The notes: generated by a model not told the origin, from the sequence alone. A DNA stretch of 64,000 nucleotides from Eledone cirrhosa (GCA_964016885.1 OZ024755.1:27714001-27778000); one strand, 5' to 3'. Positions 12,801 through 27,816 are shown, counted from the stretch's first letter. Numbers and translations: made by a program.

Positions 12801-12838
12801 GTCCTGACGAAGGCCAGTTAAGCCTGAAATGCATAGAC
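12801..12838 (+). ncRNA. Minimal type I hammerhead ribozyme motif
   Basis: GTC-CTGACGA-AGGC(CAGTTAA)GCCT-GAAA-TGCA-TA-GAC; palindromic ATGCAT stem III as in dimer-forming minimal HHRs. Confidence 0.85.
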
Positions 12839-12944
12839 CGTTGTTCCCCTTGCTTCTGCTGGACATCACCAGAGGGTGTTAGCCCCCCCCCCCCCCGGTG
12901 TTTGCATAGCTACGGCTTCCTAAAACCGTATTTCTTTGGAGATA

Positions 12945-13013
<69 letters not shown>

Positions 13014-13577
13014 TTTTGGTCACGGAATTAAATATTTGTATATACAGGAAAGTGATTGGAATATATTTAGAAAATATTAAAATGGGTCGTACTGTCTCTC
13101 TACAAGAACATTGTATTAATTTATGATTATATCTTAATTAGGTTTTTCACTAAAAACTTTTTGATGTTTCATTTAACATTAGTTAGCAGTGAAAGTCCTT
13201 TATATGTTGTAATTAAGAAAGTTGACAGGTTTACTCCGTTATCTGTCCTTGAGGGTTAGAAAGCTGCTTGCTGACCCACGCAGTGAGTTCTATGTTCATA
13301 TTTCATCCTCCAAATTATTTACAGTGTTCAACAATCAAGTAACGTGAAGCTCTAAGCTATGTTGATTATATTTCATTTAAATCATTGTCATGCATTACAT
13401 TGACATGCCTCCAGCTTTCATACGGAAAGTAGCTTAAGGTAGGTAACGAATGTTGTAGCAATTAACTGAGCTATTGAATGATTGAATAAATGGTATTAAA
13501 ATATCTATAAAACATACAAATAGCAGGTTCTTGAGTTCAGTTATTGAAAGAACCATTTGTGGAAGCATTTCTGAATT

Positions 13578-13816
13578 GGGGGCGGTGAGAATGGCAAGGG
13601 CCGTAACTCTATGCATCAAAGCATGGCGTCTGACTCTCTAGCTTCGGTAGAGAGTCAGACGCCATGCTTTGATGCATAGAGTTACGGCCCTTGCCATTCT
13701 GAGTTCAAATCCCGCCGAGGTTAACTTTGCCTTTCATCCTTACGGGGTCGATAAAATAAAGTACCAGTAATGCACTGGGTAATTGCTGGCCTTGTGCCAA
13801 AAGTAGAAACAATTAT
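13578..13816 (+). mobile_element. SINE with an inverted duplication in its head
   Basis: 13588-13640 is the inverted copy of 13648-13700; a normal SINE body follows. Confidence 0.85.
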
Positions 13817-14098
13817 TTCAGAAATAAAGACCTTACAATCAATTAATAACTAATTCATTAACAGACTGTTTTAATTAATCTAGTTGATTGAAAATCGTGT
13901 CACAGCCTTTTGAACTCTCATTTCATTAGTTTTGGACATTCACCAGAGTTTCATAAGGAATCTCTTTTTTATTGATCTATGTTTCACAATATCATATATA
14001 TTGAGGTAACCCCAGTACGGTGGAGGATTTAAACTCGGAACTGTAAAGAGATGGAATAGAGACCGCTACTGCAAGACAGCTCATCTGATACTCTAGTT

Positions 14099-14397
14099 CA
14101 GTGGTTCACAACCTTTTGTGCACCATGCCCTACATCAACATCTAACATTAACATGAAAACAGCAATGATAAACTGCAAAGTGCAAACAAATTGGTGTATA
14201 AGTGGTGCCAAATGTACAATAACATGTGGAGGAGGTGAGACAGGAGTTTCCGACAGTAATGTGCACCAAAGTTGCTTGGTGTAAAAGTAATAAAGTAAAA
14301 CCTGAGGTTTGTTCTCATTAACATCATTTTCAAATGGTCTCCTTAAATATTCAAATTGCCCCACTGTGGGGTGTGCGCCCCACGTTGGAAATCACTG
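14099..14397. mobile_element. hAT (Charlie-like) MITE nested among old SINE fragments
   Basis: TIRs CAGTGGTTCACAAC / GTTGGAAATCACTG; 8-bp TSD CTCTAGTT / CTCTAGCT. Confidence 0.8.
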
Positions 14398-15648
14398 CTC
14401 TAGCTGTACCTCTAATTCATCGCTCCAGTACTTTATATAGCGACCCAGAAAGAATGAAAAGCAAAGTTGATCTCGGTGGTAAGGGAGTTTGAACTCAGAG
14501 CATACAAAGCTGGATCAAATACCGTAAGGTATTTTCTCCTGCCTTCTAATGACTCTGTCAGTTCCCCCATCTTAAAATCTAGATGATAAAAATGCATGCG
14601 TAGAAATGAACAGTAAGATGTATTTCAATATAAAATTATAGTTAATTTTTTCAATTGCCAAATACGTGAGTTTCCAAACGTGAACTATGTATTACTTCAG
14701 TGATTAGGTAGCTATGTTATGTGTAGACCATACTTCCCTAAGGAGCTCTAACAAGGTCTGAGTTTGTCACCATAACAAACATCAGAAACACAGCCCACTC
14801 GTTACAAATTATCTCCAATTATATTTCCAACTGAAATTTCAGAGTTCTTTTCCTTGTCTCTGTTCTGATAGATTTTTTTTTAACGATTTTGACGTTTTTC
14901 GCGTTACTAGTATAAATTCATTTTATTAAGACTACTTTGAACTTATTCAATTTTATTTTTATATTTTCAATTTAAAAAATGTGCAGCATTTTGTTTGATC
15001 TTCAGCGCGTCACAAAGTCGAAACCACTGAGATTTATAGGTTTAATGTCGTCTGACTCAATATCTAAAGATTTGTTAACTTCGACTGACAATTTAACAAG
15101 CAAAACATTTGCTTAAAAAAATTAGTTTTAATAGTGATTATTCTTTTCAATATATTCCCTTCTTTATATCAAATTCTGTGAGTTAATATTTAATGTTTTG
15201 CTGGGATTTCCATCAAAATCTATACACCAACACTAAAGGAACGTTTATGTGTTCGCTAGACATGTTAGATATAGTAGCTAAAACTTTTCAAACCACACAT
15301 CACTGTCTTAATACGGGATGGACAACGTTAGATTATATACTCATACTTGAAATGACAATATGGCCATGTCTATGGTCGCTTGACCTGCTAGAAATAACAG
15401 TCCACTATCTATCAAATCACACCATACCATCTTAGATAAAGAAGAGTGTATTAGACAATTCAGCTTCTAACATGAAAAATTATGGGATTGTCAAGTTTAG
15501 AAAGCATTTGATCATAAGTCTGTTCGAGTAGAGCTGACCTGGTGCTAAACAGGAGTAGCCCTTCATTGACAGAATGCATACTGTGGTACTCAACTAGATG
15601 AATATCAGGTAACTCTAAAGACGTGAGTTTATGGATCACATATTCCGA

Positions 15649-16093
15649 CTACCTACCTACCTACCTACCTACCTACCTACCTACCTACCTACCTACCTAC
15701 CTACCTATCTAGCTAGCTACCTACCTACTTACCTACCTACCTACCTACCTACCTACCTACCTACCTACTTAGCTACCTACTTACCTATCTAGCTAGCTAC
15801 CTACCTACTTACCTACCTACCTACCTACCTACCTACTTACCTACCTAGCTACCTACTTACCTATCTAGCTATCTACCTACCTACTTACCTACCTACCTAC
15901 TTACCTACCTACTTACCTACCTAGCTACCTACTTACCTACCTACTTACCTACCTACCTCCCTCCCTCCCTTCCTCCCTCCCTACCTACTTACCTACCTAC
16001 CTACCTACTTACCTACCTACCTACCTATCTACCTACCTACCTACCTACCTACCTACCTACCTACCTACCTACTAACCTACCTACTTACCTACC
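15649..16093. repeat. (TACC)n compound microsatellite
   Basis: Direct inspection. Confidence 0.95.
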
Positions 16094-16454
16094 AATACTG
16101 ACCTGGAGCACACACTGTTAATTATATGAGAAGTTAGAGAAATGAACTCTCTACTAATGAATGTAGGACTGGTAAGATTACCATCGAGTCAGTTATAAAG
16201 ATCTTATCCTCGACTTGTACTAACAAGGACGACTAAAAGTGTTCATGTGTTTGAAGAGAGTGCAGTTGAATACGTTTTAAAGAGCGAGAATAAATGTGTT
16301 TCGATACAAATATTATAAAATTGTCTAGTACCAGCTTAAAAAGAAAAAAAGAGCAGAATAGTTTGTCTTATTCTCAGAAAAGTTTTCTTTCTTTTCCTTA
16401 ACAGTTGAAATTGTCTGATAGTTCTGATCTGGGAGATGAGTTCTTTCCTTACCT

Positions 16455-16649
16455 CAGACCTATCAACTCTCCCCGTCAGACGGGGAGATTTCCTACCTAC
16501 TTTTGAGTGGGTGAGACATGTTTTCTCTTGTGAAAATGGGTCTAGCGTTTATTATGTGAAACCTACCCATTTGGCCCCATTTCTCCCCGTTTTGGGGCAC
16601 TTTCTTTCACGGTATTCCCCATTTGGCTTTTTAGAGTTTGGTAGGTCTG
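16455..16649. mobile_element. ~200-bp MITE with CAGACC termini and 6-bp TSD
   Basis: TIRs CAGACCTATCAACTCT / AGAGTTTGGTAGGTCTG; TSD TTACCT. Copies at 22903-23104, 28961-29260, 40613-41650 and 58949-59113. Confidence 0.8.
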
Positions 16650-16921
16650 TTACCTAGAAAAGAGGGTGATCGAGAGTCAAGAAACACTGACTCTATTATT
16701 AAGTTAGTTTATAGTTTAGTACCAATGTTGCCCTGATCAAGCAGAATTGTAATGAAAGACTTAACCAGTCATGAGCAAGCCTTCTATTTTCAGACACAGT
16801 GTCTCCATAATCACATCAGTTAAGTAATGTTGTTGATCTTATCAACTATACTGTTTCCCACACCAAAACATGTGGTTTCATGCTTATGTTAATAATTCAT
16901 GTTAGAAATCATCATTATCAT

Positions 16922-17089
16922 CTTGTTGTTGCTGCTGCTGCTGCTTCTGCTGCTGCTGTTGTTGTTGTTGTTGTTGGTGGTGGTGGTCTTCTTCTTCTTC
17001 TTCTTCTTCTTCTTCTTCTTCTTCTTCTTCTTCTTCTTCTTCTTCTTCTTCTTCTTCTTCTTCTTCTTCTTCTTCTTCTTCTTCTTCTT
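16922..17089. repeat. Trinucleotide microsatellite (GCT/GTT/GGT, then (CTT)n)
   Basis: Direct inspection. Confidence 0.95.
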
Positions 17090-17705
17090 GTGAGTTCAAA
17101 TACAACCGAGGTTAACTTTGACTTTTATCCTTACGGGGGTCGATAAATTAAAGTACCAGTAATGTACTGAAGTCGATTTAATCCACTTCCCCCTCTCCCC
17201 AAAATTGCTGGCCTTGGGCCTAAAGTAGAAATAATAATAATAATTGTTTCTACTTTTTGGCACAAGGCCAGCAATTACCCAGTACATTACTGGTGCTTTA
17301 TTTTATCGACCCCGTAAGGATGAAAGGCAAAGTTAACCTCGGCGGGATTTGATCTCAGAATGATAAGGGCCGTAACTCTATGCGTCAAAGCATGGCGTCC
17401 GACCCTCTACCGATATTAACTTTGCCTTTCATCCTTACAGGGTAGATAAATAAAGTACCAGTAATGCACTGGGATAATCGCTGGCCTTGTGCCAAAAATA
17501 GAAACATTATTATTATTATCATCGGCAGTATCAGTAGAGGGTCGGACGCCATGCTTTCCAGCATAGTTACGTCCCTTTACGATCTGAGTTCAAATCCCGC
17601 CGAGGTTGACTTTGTCTTTCATCCTTACGGGGTCGATAAAAATAAAGTACCAGTAATGCACTGGGATAATTGCTGGCCTTGTGCCTAAAGTAGAAACAAT
17701 TATTA
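17090..17705. mobile_element. Cluster of four SINE copies or fragments in mixed orientation
   Basis: ~17090-17235 (+), ~17243-17415 (-), ~17416-17510 (+), ~17520-17702 (+). Confidence 0.85.
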
Positions 17706-17749
17706 TTATTATCATCATTATATTTTTATATTTTCATTGTTAAATTAGT

Positions 17750-17850
17750 CTTGCCATTGTGCACTTTTACTCGACCTTATTGTAAACCCCCACTGTCCCT
17801 GTCTTTGTATTGTCCCCTACATGTCGGCCCTTGTGGCTAATAAATGAAAT
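17750..17850 (+). mobile_element. Tx1-like LINE 3' UTR fragment
   Basis: GTCTTTGTATTGTCCCC...GCCCTTGTGGCTAATAAA matches the 3' end of 39191-39644. Confidence 0.6.
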
Positions 17851-19628
17851 CATTATTATCATCATTGATGTCTAAGATTTAATGCTTCATTATACAAAGT
17901 GGGTGTCTTAGACATACTCACGTCTTCTAAAAGTGCTAAAATTATCTGCTACTGAAATTTTTCTACGTCTGTTTACAGGTAATAAATATATTTTTTAACA
18001 ACTTTCATTGATTTTAATGCATATAAAAGTTTATGGCACCGTTTAATTTCTACAGAGGTTTATATAGAATAGAGAGTAGATTGTTTGACCAATGAAGTAA
18101 AGATTTGGAAGAAAGTATGTAGCTGGTAAGAGTGTCAGGCACCATGTGTTGCGACCCGAGTTAAGACAATTTGAAATCTTTTCCACCATTAATTGTTAAA
18201 AAACAAGTTAAAATCATTTAGTCGTCCATTTGTATCGAACATTACACTTTAGTTACATCTACACACATCTACACGTAAATACATAAACAGATACAGACAA
18301 CAGAAGGAAAAGGCTGGAGCTGGTGAAACGCTATAGTGATGTGTGTTGCGTCCCTTTAGGGTTTACCGCTACGTCGCCTATTCGTAAAGTTTTGACAATT
18401 TGTATCCTGTCAACGGCATTGTGCTGTGTACATGACAATTGACTTTCACTGGCATTACAAACTAGTCAACTACAATGATACAAGATACAACTGTAGATAA
18501 AGTGAGAGCCTTGTATAATTTAACTAGTGTTTCCATAACTTGCCAGTGTTGTGTGCTTCTCGTGCGCTTCAAGTATAAATGAATGTCAGGAAGGATTTAT
18601 TGCCGTTTGATTTTATCACTGTAAGTTATTTCGTCGGTGAGATGTGTGAGATAGACAAAATCTACCTTGGCGGAATTTAAAGAAATACAAATGGGGAATT
18701 ATTGACCCCATCTGGAAGAAAAATTATCCCAATGCCCTTTGAAAGTCTTTTGATACCGGGAAGTTAGATGTGATTTAGCATCTCTCTTGAATAGTTGCAA
18801 GTTGATGGTTACACGAAAGAAATCATATACAAGGAAAGAATTCTAAAGATCCAATGATGAGGAAAGAGCCCGGCATGAAATACTAGACCTGGTGGTGGAT
18901 TCAATATTTGTCACAAGGGAGAGAAAGGAGTGTGTTGGAAGATCCTAAATGCGGCTGGCACGAGATCAACCAGACTGAAGAACCGAGGTCATTATAGTAG
19001 CGGTAACAAAAACACAGAAATAAATACAGTATGTTTATGAGTCAACATGCTTTTTCAAAAGCAGAAACATTACACTTTAAAATTTGCACCTTATTCATTT
19101 TAGAATACGGGGCTGTTATGTTTCATCATTAAAAGTGTAAGTAATATTATATTTATTTTATTTAACTATCGTCGATATAGTTGCTTGACTTTGAGAGTTG
19201 AGAGAAGTGTTATATTTCTCAAGGATTTTAGATAAGTCTACTGTGAAAGGAAATTAGGTCGCATAATCGATTTTCCGTGAATTTACCGTCAACTATATAA
19301 AATCTTACATTAACAAAAGATGTTTCTTCTTAAACTGGTGTGATGTCAAAACGATAGTTTTGCAGGTCCGTTTATAATTATTAAGATAAGATCTAGAACA
19401 TGAAATAATACTTAACTGATAAGTGTACGTGTTCATGTGTGTGCGTTTATGCGTGTGTATACACACTCAGATATATGAATATATCTGTTTCTTCGCCTAT
19501 CTTTGTGTGATAAAGATTTTGGATGTCCACATATAATTAGATCGGTTTGTGAGTGTATTTGTATTTAAGATTATCGCTCTGAAATGGTGCTATGTTGTAT
19601 ATGTCTCCGTGTTTTATAATGGTTACAC

Positions 19629-19745
19629 CAGAGGTTCTCAAAATTGGCGCCACTACCCCCCCCCCCACCCTCCAGGGGACGTTGAGAAGGTCCAGGGGTC
19701 ACTGGGGCCTAAGGGGGTGGTAGGGATGATATAATAGTATACTAA
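19629..19745 (+). mobile_element. hAT MITE left end (53622 family)
   Basis: CAGAGGTTCTCAAA...GTTGAGAAGGTCCAG...GATGATATAATAGTATACT matches 53622-53737. Confidence 0.7.
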
Positions 19746-19904
19746 ATATCAAATGATACATATTATATATAAATATAGTAAAATAAAAACATATATAATA
19801 TTTATTTATACATAGTATATATTATATTATTTATTATATATAAATTAACGATTTTATTTATTATATATTAAATAAAAGGTGGCCGTGTAGGAAACACGGT
19901 GAAA

Positions 19905-20090
19905 AGGCTCCCAGTCCACACTGTAAATGTGGTTGGTGTTAGGAAGGGTATCCAGCTGTAAAAAAACCTGCCAGAGACGCTTCCGTGCGAGCGAGGCATG
20001 GTCTCCCGACCATTCCCGCATCAAATGGAACAAAACCGTCTAACCCATGCTAGCGTGGAAGATGGTCGTTAAACAATGATGATGATGATA
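19905..20090 (+). mobile_element. Second SINE family, 3' part with (GAT)n tail (also ~63760-63936)
   Basis: Both copies share GGTTGGTGTTAGGAAGGGYATCCAGCTGTA...CCGTCTAACCCATGCTAGCGTGGAAGA and a TGATGATGAT tail. Confidence 0.75.
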
Positions 20091-20342
20091 TTTATAACAA
20101 AATCTTTACAACATATCCAATAACCAAAGCAACAGTATGATAATGTCTTGAGTTTTCGAACATTTAATTTTCATTCGTTACCAATAGTTGGAAAACAATC
20201 CAAAACCAGTAAAACCAACAACAACTAAATTATACATTTAGCTACTTATGTGGTTTTGTGCTTTGGGAATATTTGAATATTTTTTAGATATTATGGTTCT
20301 TTGATGATTTAGTGAACATTTAATTAAGATATATAAGGTCTA

Positions 20343-20542
20343 NNNNNNNNNNNNNNNNNNNNNNNNNNNNNNNNNNNNNNNNNNNNNNNNNNNNNNNNNN
20401 NNNNNNNNNNNNNNNNNNNNNNNNNNNNNNNNNNNNNNNNNNNNNNNNNNNNNNNNNNNNNNNNNNNNNNNNNNNNNNNNNNNNNNNNNNNNNNNNNNNN
20501 NNNNNNNNNNNNNNNNNNNNNNNNNNNNNNNNNNNNNNNNNN
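20343..20542. other. Assembly gap (200 N)
   Basis: Run of N. Confidence 1.
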
Positions 20543-20571
20543 TATGCATATATATATGTGTGTCTGTGTGC

Positions 20572-20604
<33 letters not shown>

Positions 20605-20644
20605 TGTATGTATGTATGTATGTATGTATGTATGTATGTATGTA

Positions 20645-20679
<35 letters not shown>

Positions 20680-21729
20680 ATGTATGTATGTATGTATGTA
20701 TGTATGTATGTATGTATATGTATGTATGTATTTATTTATATATATGTAGTCATAGTGCTTTCAATTAAAAACTATTTCATTCGTTGCACCGTCATCGAAA
20801 TCTGTTGAATGTATTTTATATGGAATATAATTAAGTCTATAGATGACATCGTGTAATATTACAGCTCGTCTCTTTGTTCCGCCCAATATTTCCCATGAGT
20901 CATCAGTATGTTTTCAATAATTAGCCGGTCCCTTGACATATCTCGCAAAAAGCTATCATTTTTAACAGAGACATAAAATGCCAAATGTCTTTTGAACGAT
21001 ACTTTTAGTTAGAAAGCCATTTCTTTTTTTAAATTCTCATTGAAACTGGGAGTCAAGTACACTCATTTTTCTTTCAAATCTTTCCTATAAGCAACACAAG
21101 CCTCATCGACTTATTATAAGTTCTTGAATGTCACCATTTTTTTAAAACACTTCATATAGATCCTGGTGTTGAACGTGAATGAATTTATAATACCATTTTT
21201 TTTCGTTGATGAACGGGAAATGACAGAAACAGTACTCTATAGAGTAGATGTCGTAGAGTGCTTAGTGTAGTTTTAATATATTTTGAGTTCCTATCTAAAC
21301 GGTTTCCGATTTTAGCTTTCATCTGAGTTACTTCGATGAAACAACTACCCATATTTTACTCAGATCTATTAGACACATACATTGAAATTAAAGCACGCAA
21401 TACAGTCTTAGAAAATTGGTAGTGCTCTGCATCAGAAAACATTATACAGTGAACTTAATCTAATCTGATCTAATCTGGCCGAGTTTACACTCGCAAATAA
21501 GAAGAACCAGGGCCGCCCTTATGAGCATTGGATTTGGTGTATTTCATATTTGTTTCGGTTGCTGAATGCAATCAGGGATCGCTGCTTCTCCAGCGCGACC
21601 GCCTTTCCATTGTCAATTTGCATTGATCATCTGCAAAGAGTTTCCTTAGATTTGTATATCGTGGAATGAAGAAGCAGCTGATATTTCGAAACAGTTCTTT
21701 CATTTCAGTGAAAATAATTTTCAAATGTA

Positions 21730-22392
21730 ATATTTCTCCGAAGGGTCGTTGAGTAATGTTACTCGATAAAGTGAGATGAGAGAATCACTCCAGGTAGAGC
21801 CGCTACTTCTCTGAATTGAGAGATCATAACTCCGATACTATGGACACGTGGTTAGAATGTCTCAGGAAAGATTCACTGGAGAGTCACTCCAGGTAGAGCC
21901 GCTACTTCTCTGAATTGAGAGATCATAACTCCGATACTATGGACACGTGGTTAGAATGTCTCAGGAAAGATTCACTGGAGAGTCACTCCAGGTAGAGCCG
22001 CTACTTCTCTGAATTGAGAGATCATAACTCCGATACTATGGACACGTGGTTAGAATGTCTCAGGAAAGATTCACTGGAGAGTCACTCCAGGTAGAGCCGC
22101 TACTTCTCTGAATTGAGAGATCATAACTCCGATACTATGGACACGTGGTTAGAATGTCTCAGGAAAGAATCACTGGAGAGATTTTACGGGCAAAACCAAC
22201 AGGTAGAAGACCCAGGGGTAGACCCCGAATAAGGTGGTTGGCTAACATCCATGAGCTTGGCTGGTCACGCTTGGGGATCTAGCCAGATCAGTTGGAGACG
22301 GTTGCTTCTAACAGGGCCTGCTGGTGGAAGTGTTTGAGGACTCTGCCCCCAATGACCCTCTCATGAATAAGTGGACGAAGAAGAAGAGAAGA
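21730..22392 (+). mobile_element. RTE-clade LINE 3' fragment with an internal 99-bp tandem repeat x4
   Basis: Translation EMRESLQVEPLLL*IERS*LRYYGHVVRMSQER...ILRAKPTGRRPRGRPRIRW...LGI...VASNRACW; (GAA)n tail; CACTCCAGG at 21786, 21885, 21984 and 22083. Confidence 0.88.
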
Positions 22393-22484
22393 ACTTTAGA
22401 TAGAACTTAGAATATTCCGGGATATAGTAAGAAAGAGGAGAGAGGGGGGATAGATCTACAAACTGGATGTAAATAATGTATGAG

Positions 22485-22812
22485 GGACAGATCTATAATC
22501 TGAGTGTAGATATTGTATAAGGGACAGACCTATAAACTGGGTGTTAATATTGTATAAGAGGCAAACCTATAAACTGGGTGTTAATATTGTATAAGAGGCA
22601 GACCTATAAACTGAGTGTAGATAATGTATAAGGGACAGACCTATAAACTGGGTGTTAATATTGTATAAGAGGCAGACCTATAAACTGAGTGTAGATAATG
22701 TATAAGGGACAGACCTATAAACTGGGTGTAGATAATGTATAAGGGACAGACCTATAAACTGAGTGTAGATAATGTATAAGGGACAGACCTATAAACTGGG
22801 TGTAAATAATGT
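22485..22812. repeat. 38-39-bp minisatellite (GACCTATAAACTGRGTGTAGATAATGTATAAGGGACA)
   Basis: About 8 tandem units. Confidence 0.9.
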
Positions 22813-24240
22813 GTTATATACAAAAATAATTAAAAACTTGAATTGAGTCATATGATTTCACTCTTTCGTACAGGGTTAACATTTTTGCACTAGAGCCGAA
22901 TGCAGATCTATAAACCTCTAAAAACCCAAACAGAGGAGTGCCATGAAAAAAAGTGCCCCCAAAACGGGAAGAAAGGAGGCAAAATGAGGAAATTTTATTT
23001 TACATAACGAAAACTATACCTATTTTCATAAGAGAAGACATCTTTCACCCACCCCAAAGTGGGTGGGAGATCTTCCCGTCCAACGGGGAGAGTTGACAGG
23101 TTTGTAAATGTAGGGACAGTTCTTTAGTTGTTTTAACCAAATCCAATATATTGCTATTAGCTATTGATCTTGTTTATATTCTTTAGACTCAAATCAACTG
23201 AGATCGAGTAGAACTATGATTAAAGGCGTTCCAACTGCGACCACCTTTCTTCTCATGTTACGATCAGTGTACTCTTGGACAAGATTTGAACTCACAACGT
23301 AAACGAACGCAGCAAAAATATTGCATGGTATTTTATTTTTCATCGGACACTTTAGATTTTCGCACCAGTTACCTCATACTTTGAGGATAAATATTATCCA
23401 ATACTTCCTTCATTTTAAGATGATAGGGACCGCTTTGAAGGGGGATTTGACTTACAATATTTTAGTTGGCCATGTGATTGCATAGAGCAGGGTTTACCAA
23501 ACTTTTTCAATCGCGGAGCTCATTTTGGTTCAGAAACTTTTGGGGGGGAACTCCAAAGTCTAAGACTGTACCTTTGTTTCACAGAGCCCCAGATACTCCT
23601 TTGCTGAACCCTTTTTGGTGGAGAAACTTTTGGGGGTACCATACTGTTATATGGTCGTAATATAAATATATTCCTCTACCTTTTTTTCACGGAACCCCAA
23701 AAACTCCTTTGCGGACACCACTTTGAGAGTCTCCATCATTATCTCATATATTACAACTGGTAGTTAATCCTCTAAACGCTATTATTGTTATCAAATAACA
23801 CCCTTTTCAGTTAATTATTCATAAAATGGTAGTTATTTCATTAGTTAGTTCATTGACTTTAGAAGGATGAAAAACAAGTCGTCTTGAAATCCAGTTTGAG
23901 CTCAGAACATACAGGGAAACAGCAAGGATTGCAAATGGCATATTTATTCTAACGCTTTATCGTTTCCTACGAGTCACCCCTTACATTGAGGTTAACCATT
24001 GATGCTAGAAGATCAATGTTCTGTTATTTAACTTTTTTAACCCCTCTCAGTATTTTTGATTTCTATTCAGATAGAGCAACACTCGCACAGATCCTGTCAT
24101 CTATAATGATGTGCACGTACACACTATGGACATAGATAGAAAGTGACCTTGTGTGTACGTGGGTGGCTCAATCACCATCGTTATCCTCCCTTAACGTCCG
24201 ATTTAACGTGCATATGGCTGTCTGTTTGCTCCATCTCTCT

Positions 24241-24416
<176 letters not shown>

Positions 24417-24417
24417 A

Positions 24418-24529
<112 letters not shown>

Positions 24530-24647
24530 GATCTGAGTTCAAATCGCGCCGCGTGGTTAACTTTGCCTTTCATCCTTACGGGGTTGATAAAATAAAGTAC
24601 CAGTAATACACTGGGATAATTGCTGGCCTTGTGCCAAAAGTAGAAAC

Positions 24648-24723
<76 letters not shown>

Positions 24724-24764
24724 CGTTTCTGAATTTGTTTAGCAACATGACCTTCCCAAAGTAT

Positions 24765-24814
<50 letters not shown>

Positions 24815-24873
24815 ATATATATATGCATTATATATATATATTATATATGTATATACATATTATATATATATAT

Positions 24874-24951
<78 letters not shown>

Positions 24952-25179
24952 TATTATATTATATAATATATATATTATATTATATTATATTATATATATA
25001 TATATATATATATATGGAAGTAAGTATTTATAATGTATGAAGAAGCCATGAACACGCCCACTTACCCACACACACGTATCCGCCCTCACACACACATCCA
25101 GAAGTAATTGTATATATTATAAACTCTTTTCAGGAAACACGTGTACATATACACACACTTATCCATACATACATATGCA

Positions 25180-25237
<58 letters not shown>

Positions 25238-25250
25238 TCTCCACTCCCAC

Positions 25251-25312
<62 letters not shown>

Positions 25313-25327
25313 CATATATACATATAT

Positions 25328-25392
<65 letters not shown>

Positions 25393-25496
25393 GCCCTTGG
25401 AAGCATCTCAGCTACCATCAAACACACACAACATATATATATATATATATATATATGTGTGGGGTGGGGGTGGAAAAAAGAGAGAGAGAGAGATAG

Positions 25497-25535
<39 letters not shown>

Positions 25536-26583
25536 GAGATGGGGTGGGGTGGGGGAGTCAGACAGACAGTCAGACATGTGTGTATATATATCCATGTGTA
25601 CGTATGTCTGTAGTGTTTGTTGTGTTCTGGAGGAGGTGTGTTTCCTGTGTGTGAAGTTAGCTGATCCACATAGCTGACCAATTGATGGAGGCTGTAGATG
25701 TGCGATAAAACATGTCGACTGTATATCGGTCAGAGAATTCAATCTATCTGATTCAGAGAGAACATAATGAACCACTTGCAAGACAACGAACAACTTGTAG
25801 CTTTCATAGCGTTGATATCATCTCATAGATATTTTGAACACAATTGCTCTTGATCAGAGAGAGAGAATACTGTTTCTACGGCACACTATACTGCCTATTA
25901 AGGCCACCTGCGCAACTTCACATACACCCACGCACACACAGACACGCACACGTGCTCATGCACACACACACACTCACGCACATACACACACACTCATGCA
26001 CACACGCACACGCATATGCACACACACACACACACACGCATATGCACGCACACACACACACACGCACTACCACTCACACACGCACCCGCACACACACACA
26101 GACACACACACGCACACACTCACACACATACACACACTCATGCACACACGCACACGCATATGCACACACACACACACGCGCACTATCACTCACACACGCA
26201 CCCGCACACACACACAGACAGACAGACACACACACACACACACATGCACATACTCACACACACGCACAATCTCACACTCTCTCTCTCTCACACACACACA
26301 TGCACACTCATACATATACACAAACACACACAAACGTACACACACACACGCACGCACACATACACACATGTATACACACGTCACTCACACACATATACAT
26401 ACACATTCACATACACACACACACAAGCACACCCACCCATACACACACTGGAGTTTCCTGGACTATAAGCCAGCTGATTGGATACAATAAACTGTCCAAT
26501 GACTCGCTTTAACGTCAGTAATTAGGATCATCTATATATATTAAACTGTAGTTGTCTGTGTGTGAGTGTGTGTGTGAGTGTGT

Positions 26584-26627
<44 letters not shown>

Positions 26628-26663
26628 GCGTGTGTGTGTGTGTGTGTCTGTGTGCGTGTGTGT

Positions 26664-26708
<45 letters not shown>

Positions 26709-27279
26709 TGTGAGTGTGAGTGAGTGAGTGTGTGTGTGTGTGTGTCCTCATTTTTGCAAAGTCTATACAAATGCACATTTCTACTCCAATTGACTTCAAA
26801 CTTGTATTTATACATTCCTTGCGGTCTAAAGATATTAACTGCAGATTTCATTTTTCAAATTTCTGTTGTTAAAGGGGTGTTAGGCGCCGGTTATCGATCT
26901 CCGTCGCACCCTTATAATATCTGTATAAATATATATATATGTCAATCAATTTCTAGTTGATATAAAATGCTCGGATCTATTCATTGGAATCTTTGAGCTT
27001 ATTCTACGGTGGATATGGCGCATGTCTCGGGCATGACTCCCTTAATTTAATTTAATTAAATTTATTTCAGATATATAAATATATATAAAACAAAGGAATT
27101 GTGGTAAGGAATTAGATGGACCATAACGCACCAGAGTACTCAATACTTAGGGTAGTAGAGTGGGAAATAGGAAAAAGTATGATACCGACGGCAGAGCTCA
27201 AGCCGTTTCGACGGCTATTTCTGGACTCAAATAGCCGTCGAAACAGCTTGAGCTCTGCCGTCGGCGTCATACTTTTTCC

Positions 27280-27349
<70 letters not shown>

Positions 27350-27766
27350 CGTTGTGTGTGTGCGTTGTGTGTGTGTGTGTGTGTGTGCGTGTGTGTGTGC
27401 GTGTGTGTGTGTGTACTTTTCTCTATATGCTGATATATATATATATATGTATATCTAGGGCGGGTAAAATACCCGAGATCCATGTTCCTTGTTTCTTTTC
27501 AGTGGCTGATAATACCTTCCCGGCGCCACTAGAATAAGGTAATTATTTAACCCATATATATATATATATAATGCGCCGAAACATCTGTGACCCGTAGTTA
27601 ACTACTGACGAAGGGATACTGTCCACCTCTTGTTTGTGTCCCCTTACCTTCTAACACCCGTTATCAATAACCACACAGCCCTCATCTTATCTATATTATA
27701 TATATATATGTTAAGCGATGAAATACCAATGATGGTTGGAAGATCACTGATGAAGGACTAACTTTA

Positions 27767-27816
<50 letters not shown>

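Noticed and set aside
25834-26512. His/Thr-rich ORFs, and all YI/VC/HT/RE-repeat ORFs in the track
   Set aside because: Translations of dinucleotide microsatellites
27577-27625. GAAAC...CTGACGA resembling a type II hammerhead
   Set aside because: No valid UH cleavage site adjacent to the GTAG/CTAC hairpin and no convincing stem II
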